Shown here: piece after piece, positions 31,655 to 41,005 of the stretch
How positions within the stretch are numbered: the first letter of the stretch is position 1
Layout of the letters: each line of letters starts with the position of its first letter
Assembly (NCBI RefSeq): GCF_017853185.1
Contig: NZ_JAFMJZ010000001.1
Coordinates: 7,868 to 71,867, forward strand
DNA length: 64,000 nucleotides
Source of the DNA: Mycolicibacterium sp.
GTDB taxonomy: Bacteria; Actinomycetota; Actinomycetes; Mycobacteriales; Mycobacteriaceae
Direction of reading: 5' to 3'
Made by a program: the position numbers and the translations under genes
The notes under the pieces: model-generated
Told to the model about the DNA's origin: nothing
Databases searched by the model: none
The model's input: only the letters and a program-made list of their open reading frames with translations

Positions 31655-33301
31655 ATGGATGACCTTGATGTACGACCGAGCGATGTACGCCCGAACACCG
31701 CAGCGGCCAGCAAGCTGGCGACCGAGACCGGCCGCCGGCGGACCTTCGCCGTCATCAGCCACCCCGACGCCGGCAAGTCGACGCTGACCGAGGCCCTGGT
31801 CCTGCACGCCCGGGTGATCACCGAGGCCGGCGCAATTCACGGCAAGTCCGGTCGCCGCGCCACGGTGTCGGACTGGATGGAGATGGAGCAGGCCCGCGGC
31901 ATCTCGATCACCTCGACGGCGCTGCAGTTCCCCTACACCTCCCCGGACGGGCAGGACTGCGTCATCAATCTGCTCGACACCCCCGGCCACGCCGACTTCT
32001 CCGAGGACACCTACCGGGTGCTCAGCGCAGTCGACTGCGCGGTCATGCTGATCGACGCGGCCAAGGGTCTGGAACCACAGACCCTCAAGCTCTTTCAGGT
32101 GTGCCGCCATCGCGGCATCCCGATCCTCACCGTGATCAACAAGTGGGACCGCCCGGGCCGGCACCCTCTGGAACTGCTCGACGAGATCTCCGAGCGCATC
32201 GGCCTGAAACCGACGCCGCTGACCTGGCCGGTGGGTATCGCCGGCGACTTCAAGGGTGTGCTGGATCGCCGCACCGGCAACTTCATCCGGTTCACCCGAA
32301 CCGCCGGCGGCGCCACCGTGGCACCGGAGGAACACATCCCGCCGGACCGTGCCGAAGAGGCCGCCGGCGACGACTGGGTCAACGCGGTCGAGGAATGCGA
32401 ACTGCTCTCGGCCGACGGCGGTGACCACGATCAGGCGGCGTTCCTGGCGGGCGAGACCACACCGGTGCTGTTCACCTCCGCGGCGCTGAACTTCGGGGTG
32501 AATCAGTTGCTGGACAACCTGGTTCGGCTGGCGCCGCCGCCGCACGGTCAGGTGGATGTCGACGGCAACCTTCGCACGGTCGACTCCCCTTTCAGCGCAT
32601 TCGTGTTCAAGGTTCAGGCCGGCATGGACTCCGCTCACCGGGACCGCATCGCCTATGCGCGGGTCTGCTCGGGCACCTTCGAGCGCGGCGACGTGCTGAC
32701 CCACGCCTCCACCGGTAAGCCGTTCGTCACCAAGTACGCCCAGTCGGTGTTCGGTCAGCAGCGCTCGACGCTGGACAGCGCCTGGCCGGGAGATGTGATC
32801 GGCCTGGCCAACGCGGCGGCACTGCGGCCCGGCGACACCCTGTTCCGCGATGTGCCCGTTGCGTTTCCGCCGATTCCGAGCTTCTCCCCCGAGCACTTCG
32901 CCGTCGCCCGCGGCACCGATCCCAGTAAGCACAAGCAGTTCCGCAAGGGCATCGAGCAGCTCGATCAGGAAGGCGTGGTGCAGGTGCTGCGCTCTGATAA
33001 GCGTGGCGATCAGGCGCCGGTGTTCGCCGCCGTGGGCCCGATGCAGTTCGAGGTGGCCAGCCACCGGATGGCGACGGAGTTCAGCTCCCCGATCACCCTG
33101 GAGTCCCTGCCCTACACCGTCGCCCGCGCGGTTGACCCCGAGGACGCGGATTTCGTCCAGCGACAGGTTTCGGTCGAGGTGCTCACCCGCAGCGACGGTG
33201 TCATGCTGGCGCTGTTCACCACCAAGTGGCGGCTGCAGGGGTTCCAGCAGGACAACCCGAAGGTGCGGCTGAGTTCCCTTGTGGCAGCGGGCGAAAACTA
33301 G
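31655..33301 (+). CDS. prfC: peptide chain release factor 3
   Basis: RRTFAVISHPDAGKSTLTE G1 motif, DTPGHADF, NKWDR. Length about 548 aa. Internal ATG of ORF 31241..33301. Confidence 0.9.
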   Translation: MDDLDVRPSDVRPNTAAASKLATETGRRRTFAVISHPDAGKSTLTEALVLHARVITEAGAIHGKSGRRATVSDWMEMEQARGISITSTALQFPYTSPDGQDCVINLLDTPGHADFSEDTYRVLSAVDCAVMLIDAAKGLEPQTLKLFQVCRHRGIPILTVINKWDRPGRHPLELLDEISERIGLKPTPLTWPVGIAGDFKGVLDRRTGNFIRFTRTAGGATVAPEEHIPPDRAEEAAGDDWVNAVEECELLSADGGDHDQAAFLAGETTPVLFTSAALNFGVNQLLDNLVRLAPPPHGQVDVDGNLRTVDSPFSAFVFKVQAGMDSAHRDRIAYARVCSGTFERGDVLTHASTGKPFVTKYAQSVFGQQRSTLDSAWPGDVIGLANAAALRPGDTLFRDVPVAFPPIPSFSPEHFAVARGTDPSKHKQFRKGIEQLDQEGVVQVLRSDKRGDQAPVFAAVGPMQFEVASHRMATEFSSPITLESLPYTVARAVDPEDADFVQRQVSVEVLTRSDGVMLALFTTKWRLQGFQQDNPKVRLSSLVAAGEN

Positions 33302-34962
33302 ATTTCACTCACCCGTCCGTTGTCCACCGACCAGGACCGGTCCAACCGGATGTTCTGCAGCATCCGCCGGTCGTGGGTCACCAGCAACAGGGCCCCGTCG
33401 TAGCTCTCCAGCGCCTGCTCGAGTTGCTCGATGGCGGGCAGGTCGAGATGGTTCGTCGGCTCGTCGAGGACGAGGACGTTGGTGCCGGCCGCCTGCAGCA
33501 GTGCCAGGCCCGCCCGGGTCCGCTCCCCGGGTGAGAGTTCGTCCACCGTGCGTTCGACGTGATCGGCGCGCAGCCCGAATTTCGCCAGCAGGGTCCGTAC
33601 GTCAGCTGTCGACCAGTCCGGCACCCGCTGCTCGAAACGGTCGACCAGCCGATCCGAACCGGTGAAATCGGCCCGGGCCTGGTCGATCTCGCCGATCGCG
33701 ACGTTGCTGCCCAGACTCGCGCGGCCCTCGTCGGGCTGCAACCGGCCGAGGAGCAACCGCAGCAGCGTCGATTTGCCGGCGCCGTTGGGTCCGGTGATGC
33801 CGATCCGTTCTCCGGCGTCGACCTGGATCGAGACCGGCCCCAGGACGAAGTCCCCCTGCCGCACAACGGCGTTGTCGAGGGTGGCGACCACCGAACTCGA
33901 CCGCGGCGCGGCACCGATGGTGAACTGGAGACTCCACTCCTTGCGGGGTTCGGCGACCTCGTCGAGACGGGCGATCCGGCTCTCCATCTGACGCACCTTC
34001 TGCGCCTGCTTCTCGCTGGACTCGGTGGCCGCTCGGCGGCGGATCTTGTCGTTGTCCGGAGACTTCTTCATCGCATTGCGCACACCCTGGCTCGACCACT
34101 CCCGCATCGTGCGTGAGCGGGCCACCAGATCGGCCTTCTTCTCCGCGAACTCGTCGTACTGTTCGCGCCGGTGCCGGCGGCCGACCTCGCGCTCCTCCAG
34201 ATAGCTGTCGTACCCGCCGCCGTACACGGTGTTGGTGTTCTGGGCCAGGTCGAGTTCGAGCACCCGGGTGACGCTGCGGGCCAGGAACTCCCGGTCGTGA
34301 CTCACCAGCACGACGCCGCCGCGCAGGTCGCGGACGAAGGACTCCAGCCGGTCCAGGCCATCGAGGTCGAGGTCGTTGGTGGGCTCGTCGAGCAGGACGA
34401 TGTCGAAGCGCGACAGCATCAGAGCCGCCAGTCCGACCCGTGCCGCCTGGCCGCCCGACAGCGCTGTCATCGGGGTCGAATCCGGTTGCACCGCATCGGA
34501 ATCCAGTCCGAGGTCGGCCAGTACGGCGGGCATGCGTTCGTCGAGATCCGCCGCGCCGGACGCCAGCCAGTGATCGAGTGCGGCGGCGTAGGCATCAGCC
34601 GGGTCGACACCTTCCGGCGCTGTACCAGGATCCGACAGGGCCGCTGCCGTTGATTCCATGGCTTCCGTCGCGGCGGTGCACCCGGTTCGCCGCGCGATGT
34701 AGGCCGCGACGGTCTCCCCCGGTATCCGCTGATGCTCCTGCGGAAGCCATCCGACGAAGGCATCGGCGGGGGCGACACTGACCGTGCCCTCAAGCGGTTC
34801 GAGGTCGCCGGCCAGAATCCGCAGCAGGGTGCTCTTGCCCGCGCCGTTGGCGCCGACGACTCCGATCACATCGCCCGGGGCGACGGTGAGGTCCAGGCCC
34901 TCGAAGAGGGTGCGGTGGGCGAACCCGCCGGCCAGGTCCTTCGCGACAAGTGTTGCTGTCAC
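33298..34962 (-). CDS. ABC-F family ATPase (two NBDs, no TMD)
   Basis: Two Walker A motifs (GANGAGKST, GPNGAGKST), two LSGG-type signatures (LSGGQAAR, LSPGERTR) and a charged linker. Confidence 0.9.
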   Translation of the reverse strand: MTATLVAKDLAGGFAHRTLFEGLDLTVAPGDVIGVVGANGAGKSTLLRILAGDLEPLEGTVSVAPADAFVGWLPQEHQRIPGETVAAYIARRTGCTAATEAMESTAAALSDPGTAPEGVDPADAYAAALDHWLASGAADLDERMPAVLADLGLDSDAVQPDSTPMTALSGGQAARVGLAALMLSRFDIVLLDEPTNDLDLDGLDRLESFVRDLRGGVVLVSHDREFLARSVTRVLELDLAQNTNTVYGGGYDSYLEEREVGRRHRREQYDEFAEKKADLVARSRTMREWSSQGVRNAMKKSPDNDKIRRRAATESSEKQAQKVRQMESRIARLDEVAEPRKEWSLQFTIGAAPRSSSVVATLDNAVVRQGDFVLGPVSIQVDAGERIGITGPNGAGKSTLLRLLLGRLQPDEGRASLGSNVAIGEIDQARADFTGSDRLVDRFEQRVPDWSTADVRTLLAKFGLRADHVERTVDELSPGERTRAGLALLQAAGTNVLVLDEPTNHLDLPAIEQLEQALESYDGALLLVTHDRRMLQNIRLDRSWSVDNGRVSEI

Positions 34963-34966
34963 GGCT

Positions 34967-35791
34967 CTACTTCGATGTGGTCGCCGCGGCCAGCACTGCG
35001 TCGTTGATCGCGGTCGGCGTCAGGCCCAGGAGGATCTTCTGCGCCCGGCTGGCGGTGTCGAGCAGATAGCGGCTCTTGGGCCGGCGGGCCGTCAGCGCAT
35101 GATCGACGGCCTTGACGACCCTCTCCGGATCCGCCGCCAACTTCTGCATGCGACCCAACAGTTTTCGGGTGCCGTTCAAGTGCGGCGCATAGAGATCCCG
35201 GTGCTCCTGTGCGAGTTCGGCCACCATCCGGTCATGTTCGACGAGGATCTCGCCCCAGATGTCGGTGCGGATCGGACCCGGCTCGACCAGCGAGACCGGA
35301 ATCCCCCACGGCCGCAGCTCCATCCGGAGTGCATCGGCCAGCGATTCGAGTGCGTACTTCGAGGCGCAGTAGGCGCCGGTTCCCGGTGTGGTGATCAATC
35401 CGCTGACCGAGGAGATGAACACGATCCGGCCCTTGGCGGCGCGAATCTTCGGCAGCACCGCCTGGGTCACCCCGATCTGAGCGACGACGTTGACGTCCAG
35501 CTGCCGGGACAGATCGTCGAGGGTGAGGCCCTCGACGGGCCCGTTCACCACGATGCCGGCGTTGTTGACCACGCCGTCGAGTTTCTCGGGCAGCTGAGCT
35601 GCCAGCCCCTTCAGCGATTCCCGATCGGTGATGTCGAGCCTTGTCGGGTGCACCCGTGGCATCGCCCCGAGTTCACTGAGGGCGCTGTCGGAGCGCGCGG
35701 TGGCATAGACGTCCCAGCCGCGGGCGCTCATGTGCCGGGTGATCGCCAATCCGATTCCGCGGCCTGCGCCGGTCACCAATACCGAGGGCAT
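34967..35791 (-). CDS. SDR-family oxidoreductase
   Basis: TGAGRGIG, NNAG and YCASK motifs. Confidence 0.85.
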   Translation of the reverse strand: MPSVLVTGAGRGIGLAITRHMSARGWDVYATARSDSALSELGAMPRVHPTRLDITDRESLKGLAAQLPEKLDGVVNNAGIVVNGPVEGLTLDDLSRQLDVNVVAQIGVTQAVLPKIRAAKGRIVFISSVSGLITTPGTGAYCASKYALESLADALRMELRPWGIPVSLVEPGPIRTDIWGEILVEHDRMVAELAQEHRDLYAPHLNGTRKLLGRMQKLAADPERVVKAVDHALTARRPKSRYLLDTASRAQKILLGLTPTAINDAVLAAATTSK

Positions 35792-35808
35792 GTGTTCTCT
35801 TCTCTCTT

Positions 35809-35818
35809 TGACCGGTCA
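35809..35818. promoter_or_regulatory. perfect 10-bp palindrome TGACCGGTCA between TetR and SDR genes
   Basis: Read directly. Its function is not established. Confidence 0.2.
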
Positions 35819-35821
35819 GTG

Positions 35822-36403
35822 CTACGTGGCCGCTCGGCGAGGGTGCCGAGAGTCGGGGCGGTGCATCGAAATGAGCTCACTGAGATGATGGGACACCCGG
35901 TCGAGTGGCGTGGTCGATTGCTCTGCACGGCAGAGGATCACCGCTCCTTCAATTGCTGCGATCACGGTCGTCGACAACGTCTCGGCCACATCCGGGGCGA
36001 TACCGTCGGCGGCCAGCCTCTCGGCCAACAACCCTGCCCAGCCGGAGAAGAGAGCCGCGGCCGCGGTGGCGGCCTCGGGAGCCTCATCGCGACTGCACGC
36101 CGCGGCAACCAGGGGACAACCGTTCTGGAAGTCGGTGCTGACGAGCGCATCGCTCCACATCCGGATGAATGCTGCAACCGGATCCGGCTGCCCGAGGTAA
36201 CTGCGCAGCGTCGTCGTCATCTCATCACCGGCGGACTGCGTTGCCGCTGCGACGAGTTCGGCCTTCCCGCCGGGGAAGTTGAGATAGATGGACCGCCGCG
36301 TCACACCACTGGTCTCGAGGATCTGGGCGATACCGGTGCCGGCAACGCCGTGGCGTTGCATCAGTTCCGCGGTGGCCGCTGTCAGCCGGTCGCGTACACG
36401 CAT
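35822..36403 (-). CDS. TetR-family transcriptional regulator
   Basis: Internal ATG 36403. HTH region GVAGTGIAQILETSGVTRRSIYLNFPGGKAEL. Confidence 0.85.
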   Translation of the reverse strand: MRVRDRLTAATAELMQRHGVAGTGIAQILETSGVTRRSIYLNFPGGKAELVAAATQSAGDEMTTTLRSYLGQPDPVAAFIRMWSDALVSTDFQNGCPLVAAACSRDEAPEAATAAAALFSGWAGLLAERLAADGIAPDVAETLSTTVIAAIEGAVILCRAEQSTTPLDRVSHHLSELISMHRPDSRHPRRAAT

Positions 36404-36410
36404 GGGTTGA

Positions 36411-36430
36411 AATATACCATTCGGTCTACT
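36411..36430. promoter_or_regulatory. imperfect inverted repeat AATATACC-ATTC-GGTCTACT in TetR/OYE divergent region
   Basis: 6 of 8 arm positions are complementary. It sits in a 40-nt divergent intergenic region that is locally AT-rich. Confidence 0.3.
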
Positions 36431-36443
36431 AGCGTCGGCGCGC

Positions 36444-37688
36444 ATGACCACACTGCGCGATCCTTTGACCCTGCCCTGCGGACAGGTGCTGCCCAACCGA
36501 ATCATGAAGGCCGCACTCAGCGAGGCGATGGCGGACAAACGACACGCTCCCGACAAGCGTCTGGAGCGGCTGTACACGACCTGGGGCCGAGGCGGGTACG
36601 GCTTGATCCTCACCGGGAACGTGATGGTCGACGGCAGCCAACTCGGCGAACCCGGCAACGTGGTGATCGAGGACGAACGCAATCTCGATGCTCTCTCCCG
36701 TTGGGCCAAGGCCACGAAGGACGGTGGCGCTCCGATCTGGGTGCAACTCAATCACCCAGGGCGGCAGTCGAATCCGCTTGATCTCGGCCACAAGCCTGTC
36801 GCACCCAGTGCGATTCCGATGAACCTTCCGGGCTCCCCCACGCCCCGGGAACTCACCCCGGCCGAGATCGAGGACATCATCGAACGGTTTGCCACCAGTG
36901 CCGCGGTATGCGAGACAGCGGGCTTCGACGGCGTACAGATCCACGGCGCACACGGCTACCTGGTCGCGCAGTTCCTCTCGCCGTTGTCGAATCAGCGCAC
37001 CGACGACTGGGGCGGCGATCCGGAGCGGCGGATGCGCTTCCTCATCGAAGTGGTGCGGCGCATCCGTTCGCGGGTGACACCCGGCTTCGCGGTGGGCCTC
37101 AAACTCAACTCGGCGGACTTCCAGCGCGGCGGATTCACCGAGGACGAATCGCGCGGTGTCCTGGCCGCGCTCGTCGGCGAAGGTCTGGACCTGATCGAAG
37201 TCAGCGGCGGAAGCTACGAGCAGCCCGCCATGATGGGCTCCGCCGCAGACAGCACCCGTGCACGCGAGGCGTACTTCCTCGATTACGCCCGCACCGTGCG
37301 CAGCATCGTGGGCGACATCCCGCTGGCGGTCACCGGCGGCTTCCGTTCGCGCGCGGCCATGGAGGAAGCGGTCGCCGGCGGTGAATGCGATGTCATCGGC
37401 CTCGGCCGGCCCACGGCCACCACACCGGACGCCGCCGACGCGCTACTCAGCGGGCGTGCCGACGCGGTGACGGCACACCAGATCCGCTACGGGATGCGCG
37501 GCTTGCTCGGCAAGGTCGTCGAACTCAAGACGATGGACGGGCTACTCGAACTCGGCTGGCACGCCGATCAGTTGCACCGGATGGGGGAAGGCCTGGAGCC
37601 CGATCCGGATCGCAGCCGGCTGGCCGCCACGGTGGCGATGCTGCGGCGCAGCGGCCGTGTCTCCATCGGGAGCAAGCGCGGATTCTGA
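36444..37688 (+). CDS. NADH:flavin oxidoreductase (Old Yellow Enzyme family)
   Basis: NRIMKAALSE, WVQLNHPGRQ and GFDGVQIHGAHGYLVAQFLSP are OYE signatures. Confidence 0.85.
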   Translation: MTTLRDPLTLPCGQVLPNRIMKAALSEAMADKRHAPDKRLERLYTTWGRGGYGLILTGNVMVDGSQLGEPGNVVIEDERNLDALSRWAKATKDGGAPIWVQLNHPGRQSNPLDLGHKPVAPSAIPMNLPGSPTPRELTPAEIEDIIERFATSAAVCETAGFDGVQIHGAHGYLVAQFLSPLSNQRTDDWGGDPERRMRFLIEVVRRIRSRVTPGFAVGLKLNSADFQRGGFTEDESRGVLAALVGEGLDLIEVSGGSYEQPAMMGSAADSTRAREAYFLDYARTVRSIVGDIPLAVTGGFRSRAAMEEAVAGGECDVIGLGRPTATTPDAADALLSGRADAVTAHQIRYGMRGLLGKVVELKTMDGLLELGWHADQLHRMGEGLEPDPDRSRLAATVAMLRRSGRVSIGSKRGF

Positions 37689-37699
37689 GAATCCGACCG

Positions 37700-38725
37700 C
37701 TAACCGCCCTCGACTACCGCTAGAAGGCGTTCAAGAGTCCTCAACTGGTCGGTGTAATCACCGTCCACCTTCGCCAGCAGCGTCGTGATTCCCACCGCCC
37801 GGTACTGACGGACCCGTTCGGTGATGCTGTCCTGCGTACCAACAAGATTGGTGAGCCGGCCGAGGTCGATCGGCACTGCGGCGCGGGCCTCGTCCCGCTT
37901 ACCGCTCTGCCACAGTTCTGCGACCGCGGCCACCTGCTCCCCGTACCCCAATCGGGTGAACGCGTCGTTGTAGAAGTTGCGGCCGCCGGTGCCCATGGCG
38001 CCGATGGTGAACGCGTATCCATCGGCGTGCCGGCGTGCGGCCGCGTCGGCAGCTGCGTCGTCATCGTGGAACTCGACGGCCACCGGCGCCACCAGGTCGA
38101 GGTCGGTGAGTGGACGCCCGCCCCGCTCGGCGCCTTCGCGCAGCGGACCGAGAAACACCTCAGCGGCCTCGGGAATGAACGCGTTGCCCAGCCAACCGTC
38201 GGCGAGCTCACCGGTGAGCCGCAGATTCCGCGGTCCCATCGCCGCCACGTACACGGGCACGTGCCGCGGTCGCACCATGGGCTTCAGCGCGGCGCCGCTG
38301 CTATCCGGCAACGGGAGCGGATAGACCTCTCCGGGGTGCTCGAGACGATCTCCACGGCTGACGATCCGGACGATCTCGATGGTCTCCCGAGTGGTCTCGA
38401 CCGGCTTACGGAACCGGACCCCGTGCCAGCCCTCCATCACCCTCGGTCCGGAGGTGCCTACGCCCAGGAGGAATCTGTCGTCGGACAGCTCCTCCAGGCT
38501 CAGCGCGGAGGTCGCCAGCATCGCCGGACTGCGCGAACCCAGTTGCACCACGAAGGTGCCCAGCTTGAGCGTCGTGGTCTTCGCAGCGAGATACGCCAAC
38601 CCGGTCAGCGCGTCGTACCCCCACACCTCGGGGATCCACACCGAATCGACGCCCAATTCCTCGGCGGCCACCGCGAACTCCACCGCGCCGGGCAATCGGG
38701 GTTCGATCATCGTGGCTATCCGCAT
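37700..38725 (-). CDS. LLM-class (F420-dependent-type) luciferase-like oxidoreductase
   Basis: AEELGVDSVWIPEVWGYDA...FLLGVGTSGP is typical of the LLM family. ATG 38725 preferred over 38746. Confidence 0.8.
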   Translation of the reverse strand: MRIATMIEPRLPGAVEFAVAAEELGVDSVWIPEVWGYDALTGLAYLAAKTTTLKLGTFVVQLGSRSPAMLATSALSLEELSDDRFLLGVGTSGPRVMEGWHGVRFRKPVETTRETIEIVRIVSRGDRLEHPGEVYPLPLPDSSGAALKPMVRPRHVPVYVAAMGPRNLRLTGELADGWLGNAFIPEAAEVFLGPLREGAERGGRPLTDLDLVAPVAVEFHDDDAAADAAARRHADGYAFTIGAMGTGGRNFYNDAFTRLGYGEQVAAVAELWQSGKRDEARAAVPIDLGRLTNLVGTQDSITERVRQYRAVGITTLLAKVDGDYTDQLRTLERLLAVVEGG

Positions 38726-38744
38726 AACGTGGCACGCTACCTCC

Positions 38745-39242
38745 ATGCGCTACCGCGACCAGCCGAGCATCGAAGTGACCCAACGCGTCCACTGCGACGT
38801 CGCCACCGCGTGGCGCTACGTCACCGATATCACTGTGCCCGCACGGTGCTCGGCGGAGCTTCAGTCGGTCGAATGGCTCGACGGTGCCGACCGGGTCCGG
38901 GTGGGCGCCCGCTTCCGCGGCCGCAACAAGAACGACGCCATCGGCGTCTGGGAGACGGTGTGCGAGGTCGCCGAGGTCGAGGACGAGCGCCGCTGGGTGT
39001 GGAACGTCCTCGGACACGAGGGGGCCATCGCCAGTTGGGGATTCGAGGTTGAGCCGACCGGCGACGGCGTGCTGATCCGGCAGTGGGCGCGGATGGGTCC
39101 AGGCCCGTCGGGCCTCAACATCGCGATCACCGCGCAGCCCGACAAGGAGGCCCGGATCGTCGCGCGCCGGCTCGCGGAGTGGCAGCAGAACATGCAGGCC
39201 AACCTCGACTGGATCCGGTCACAGGTCGAAGGCGTGGAATAA
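38745..39242 (+). CDS. SRPBCC-family (polyketide cyclase/dehydrase-like) protein
   Basis: 165 aa. The pattern IEVTQRVHCDVATAWRYVTDI...W.W is typical of SRPBCC. Confidence 0.65.
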   Translation: MRYRDQPSIEVTQRVHCDVATAWRYVTDITVPARCSAELQSVEWLDGADRVRVGARFRGRNKNDAIGVWETVCEVAEVEDERRWVWNVLGHEGAIASWGFEVEPTGDGVLIRQWARMGPGPSGLNIAITAQPDKEARIVARRLAEWQQNMQANLDWIRSQVEGVE

Positions 39243-39275
39243 CCGCAGGATCAGACCGTCCGGCTGGCCTAGTGT

Positions 39276-40727
39276 GTGGCCATGTCTAACTCGAACGAAG
39301 CCGTGGACACCGGCCTCGAACAGTATGGAGTCGACACCATCCCGGACTCCGCACGGACCTCCTCACCGCGCGATGTGATCGCGATCCTGTGGGGCGGCAA
39401 CATGGCCCTCTCGGTCGGCGTGTTCGGCTGGCTGTCGATCCTCTACGGGCTGAGTTGGTGGGCCAGCGTCTCTGCGATCGTGGTGGGCACCGCAGTCGGC
39501 GCGCTCGTCGTCACGCCGTTGGCCCTGTTGGGTTTTCGGGCCGCCACGAACAACTCGGTGTCCTCCGGCGCCTACTTCGGTGTCCGCGGTCGACTCGTCG
39601 CGTCGGTGATCGGCCTGCTGCTGTGCCTGGGGTACGTGGCGCTGACGATCTGGACCGGCGGTGAGGCGCTGGTCGCGGTGACCGACCGTCTGCTCGGCAC
39701 CGAGGAATCGGTCCTGCAGGACGTCCTCGGCTACGGACTGCTCGCGGTGGCAATCGCCGTCGTCGCGATCTACGGGTACCGATGGCTGCTGCGGGTCAAC
39801 ACGATCATCGTCATCGTCGTCGGCGCCGCGATGCTGCTCAGCGTGATCGGGTTGGCCGACAAGTTCGACGCCACCTATCCGGGTAGCCCGGACCTTTACG
39901 CACTGGGCTCGTTCTGGCCGACCTGGCTGCTGGCCGCACTGACCGCCGGCATCGCCGGTCCGCTGTCCTACGTGACGCAGTTGGGCGACTGGACGCGCTA
40001 CATCTCCCCGCGCCGGCACAAGCCCGGAACGCTGCTCATCGGGATGTTCGTCGGGCTGCTGGGCGGCCTGCTGATCCCCACCCTGTGGGGCGCCTACGTG
40101 TCGTCAATCCTGTTCGACGAGAACAGTTTTCCCGCGGGCCTGGTGACCGGGGTGCCGTCCTGGCTGCTGATTCCGGTGGTGCTGGCTGCGCTGGTCGGCA
40201 GCATCGGCCAGGGCGCGATGAACCTCTACAGCATGGGCCTGGATCTGGACGCGATCCTGCCCCGCCTGACCCGGATGCAGGCGACCATCGTCATGACGGT
40301 CGTCTCCACCGTCCTGGTTTTCCTGGGCAAGTTCATCTGGGATGCCGAAGTCGCGGTCACCTCGTTCGTCGTCTTCCTGACCTCACTGGCCACTCCGTGG
40401 GCGGCGATCACCCTGATCGGGTTGTGGCGGACCCGGGGCAGCTTCGATCAGCCGGACCTGCAGGTGTTCAACCAGCGCCGCACCGGCGGCCGGTACTGGT
40501 ACAGCGGTGGCTGGAATGCCGCGGCGGTGCTGGCCTGGATCACCGGAAGCGTGGTGGGCATTCTCTCGAATGCCACCGACTCCTACACCGGGCCCATCGC
40601 GGTGGCTCTCGGCGGTGTGGACGCCAGCTTCATCACCTCGGGCGTGGCCGCTGCGGTCGTGTACCTGCTTCTGATCACCGTGCGGCCACAGTGGCTGCAC
40701 ACGGCCGAACCGGTCGCGCAGGCCTAG
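39276..40727 (+). CDS. NCS1-family purine/cytosine-type permease
   Basis: 12-TM-like 483-aa ORF. N-terminal DTIPDSARTSSPRDVIAILWGGNMALS is typical of CodB/NCS1. Confidence 0.75.
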   Translation: MAMSNSNEAVDTGLEQYGVDTIPDSARTSSPRDVIAILWGGNMALSVGVFGWLSILYGLSWWASVSAIVVGTAVGALVVTPLALLGFRAATNNSVSSGAYFGVRGRLVASVIGLLLCLGYVALTIWTGGEALVAVTDRLLGTEESVLQDVLGYGLLAVAIAVVAIYGYRWLLRVNTIIVIVVGAAMLLSVIGLADKFDATYPGSPDLYALGSFWPTWLLAALTAGIAGPLSYVTQLGDWTRYISPRRHKPGTLLIGMFVGLLGGLLIPTLWGAYVSSILFDENSFPAGLVTGVPSWLLIPVVLAALVGSIGQGAMNLYSMGLDLDAILPRLTRMQATIVMTVVSTVLVFLGKFIWDAEVAVTSFVVFLTSLATPWAAITLIGLWRTRGSFDQPDLQVFNQRRTGGRYWYSGGWNAAAVLAWITGSVVGILSNATDSYTGPIAVALGGVDASFITSGVAAAVVYLLLITVRPQWLHTAEPVAQA

Positions 40728-40879
40728 CGGGCTCCCTCGCCCGGATTCGCGCCCGGCGTCATCGGGATGGCGACGATGCCGGTTCCGAACATGGCGACGG
40801 CGGCGGCGGGATCGACGTGCGAGCAGCTCTCCATGTACCAGCGGGCGGCGGAACGGATCTTCGCTGCGAACTTGTCCAT
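40724..40879 (-). CDS. 51-codon ORF with strong Shine-Dalgarno, one hydrophobic segment
   Basis: AAGGAG lies 6 nt upstream of ATG 40879. MDKFAAKIRSAARWYMESCSHVDPAAAVAMFGTGIVAIPMTPGANPGEGAR. No family recognised. Confidence 0.4.
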   Translation of the reverse strand: MDKFAAKIRSAARWYMESCSHVDPAAAVAMFGTGIVAIPMTPGANPGEGAR

Positions 40880-40976
40880 GATGTTCTCCTTCGTCGGCGT
40901 TGCGGCTTGCTGAGAACCACAGTGCCGGGAAAGCCACGGCCGCTGCATCGAGCAGACGGAGGATTCTGACGAGGAC

Positions 40977-41004
40977 CCTGGATCCTCCGATCGGAGGATC
41001 CAGG
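40977..41004 (-). terminator. 28-nt perfect palindrome immediately after the decarboxylase stop
   Basis: cctggatcctccgatcggaggatccagg gives a 12-bp stem with a GAUC loop. There is no U tract. A third arm copy ggaggattc lies at 40958-40966. Confidence 0.5.
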
Positions 41005-41005
41005 T

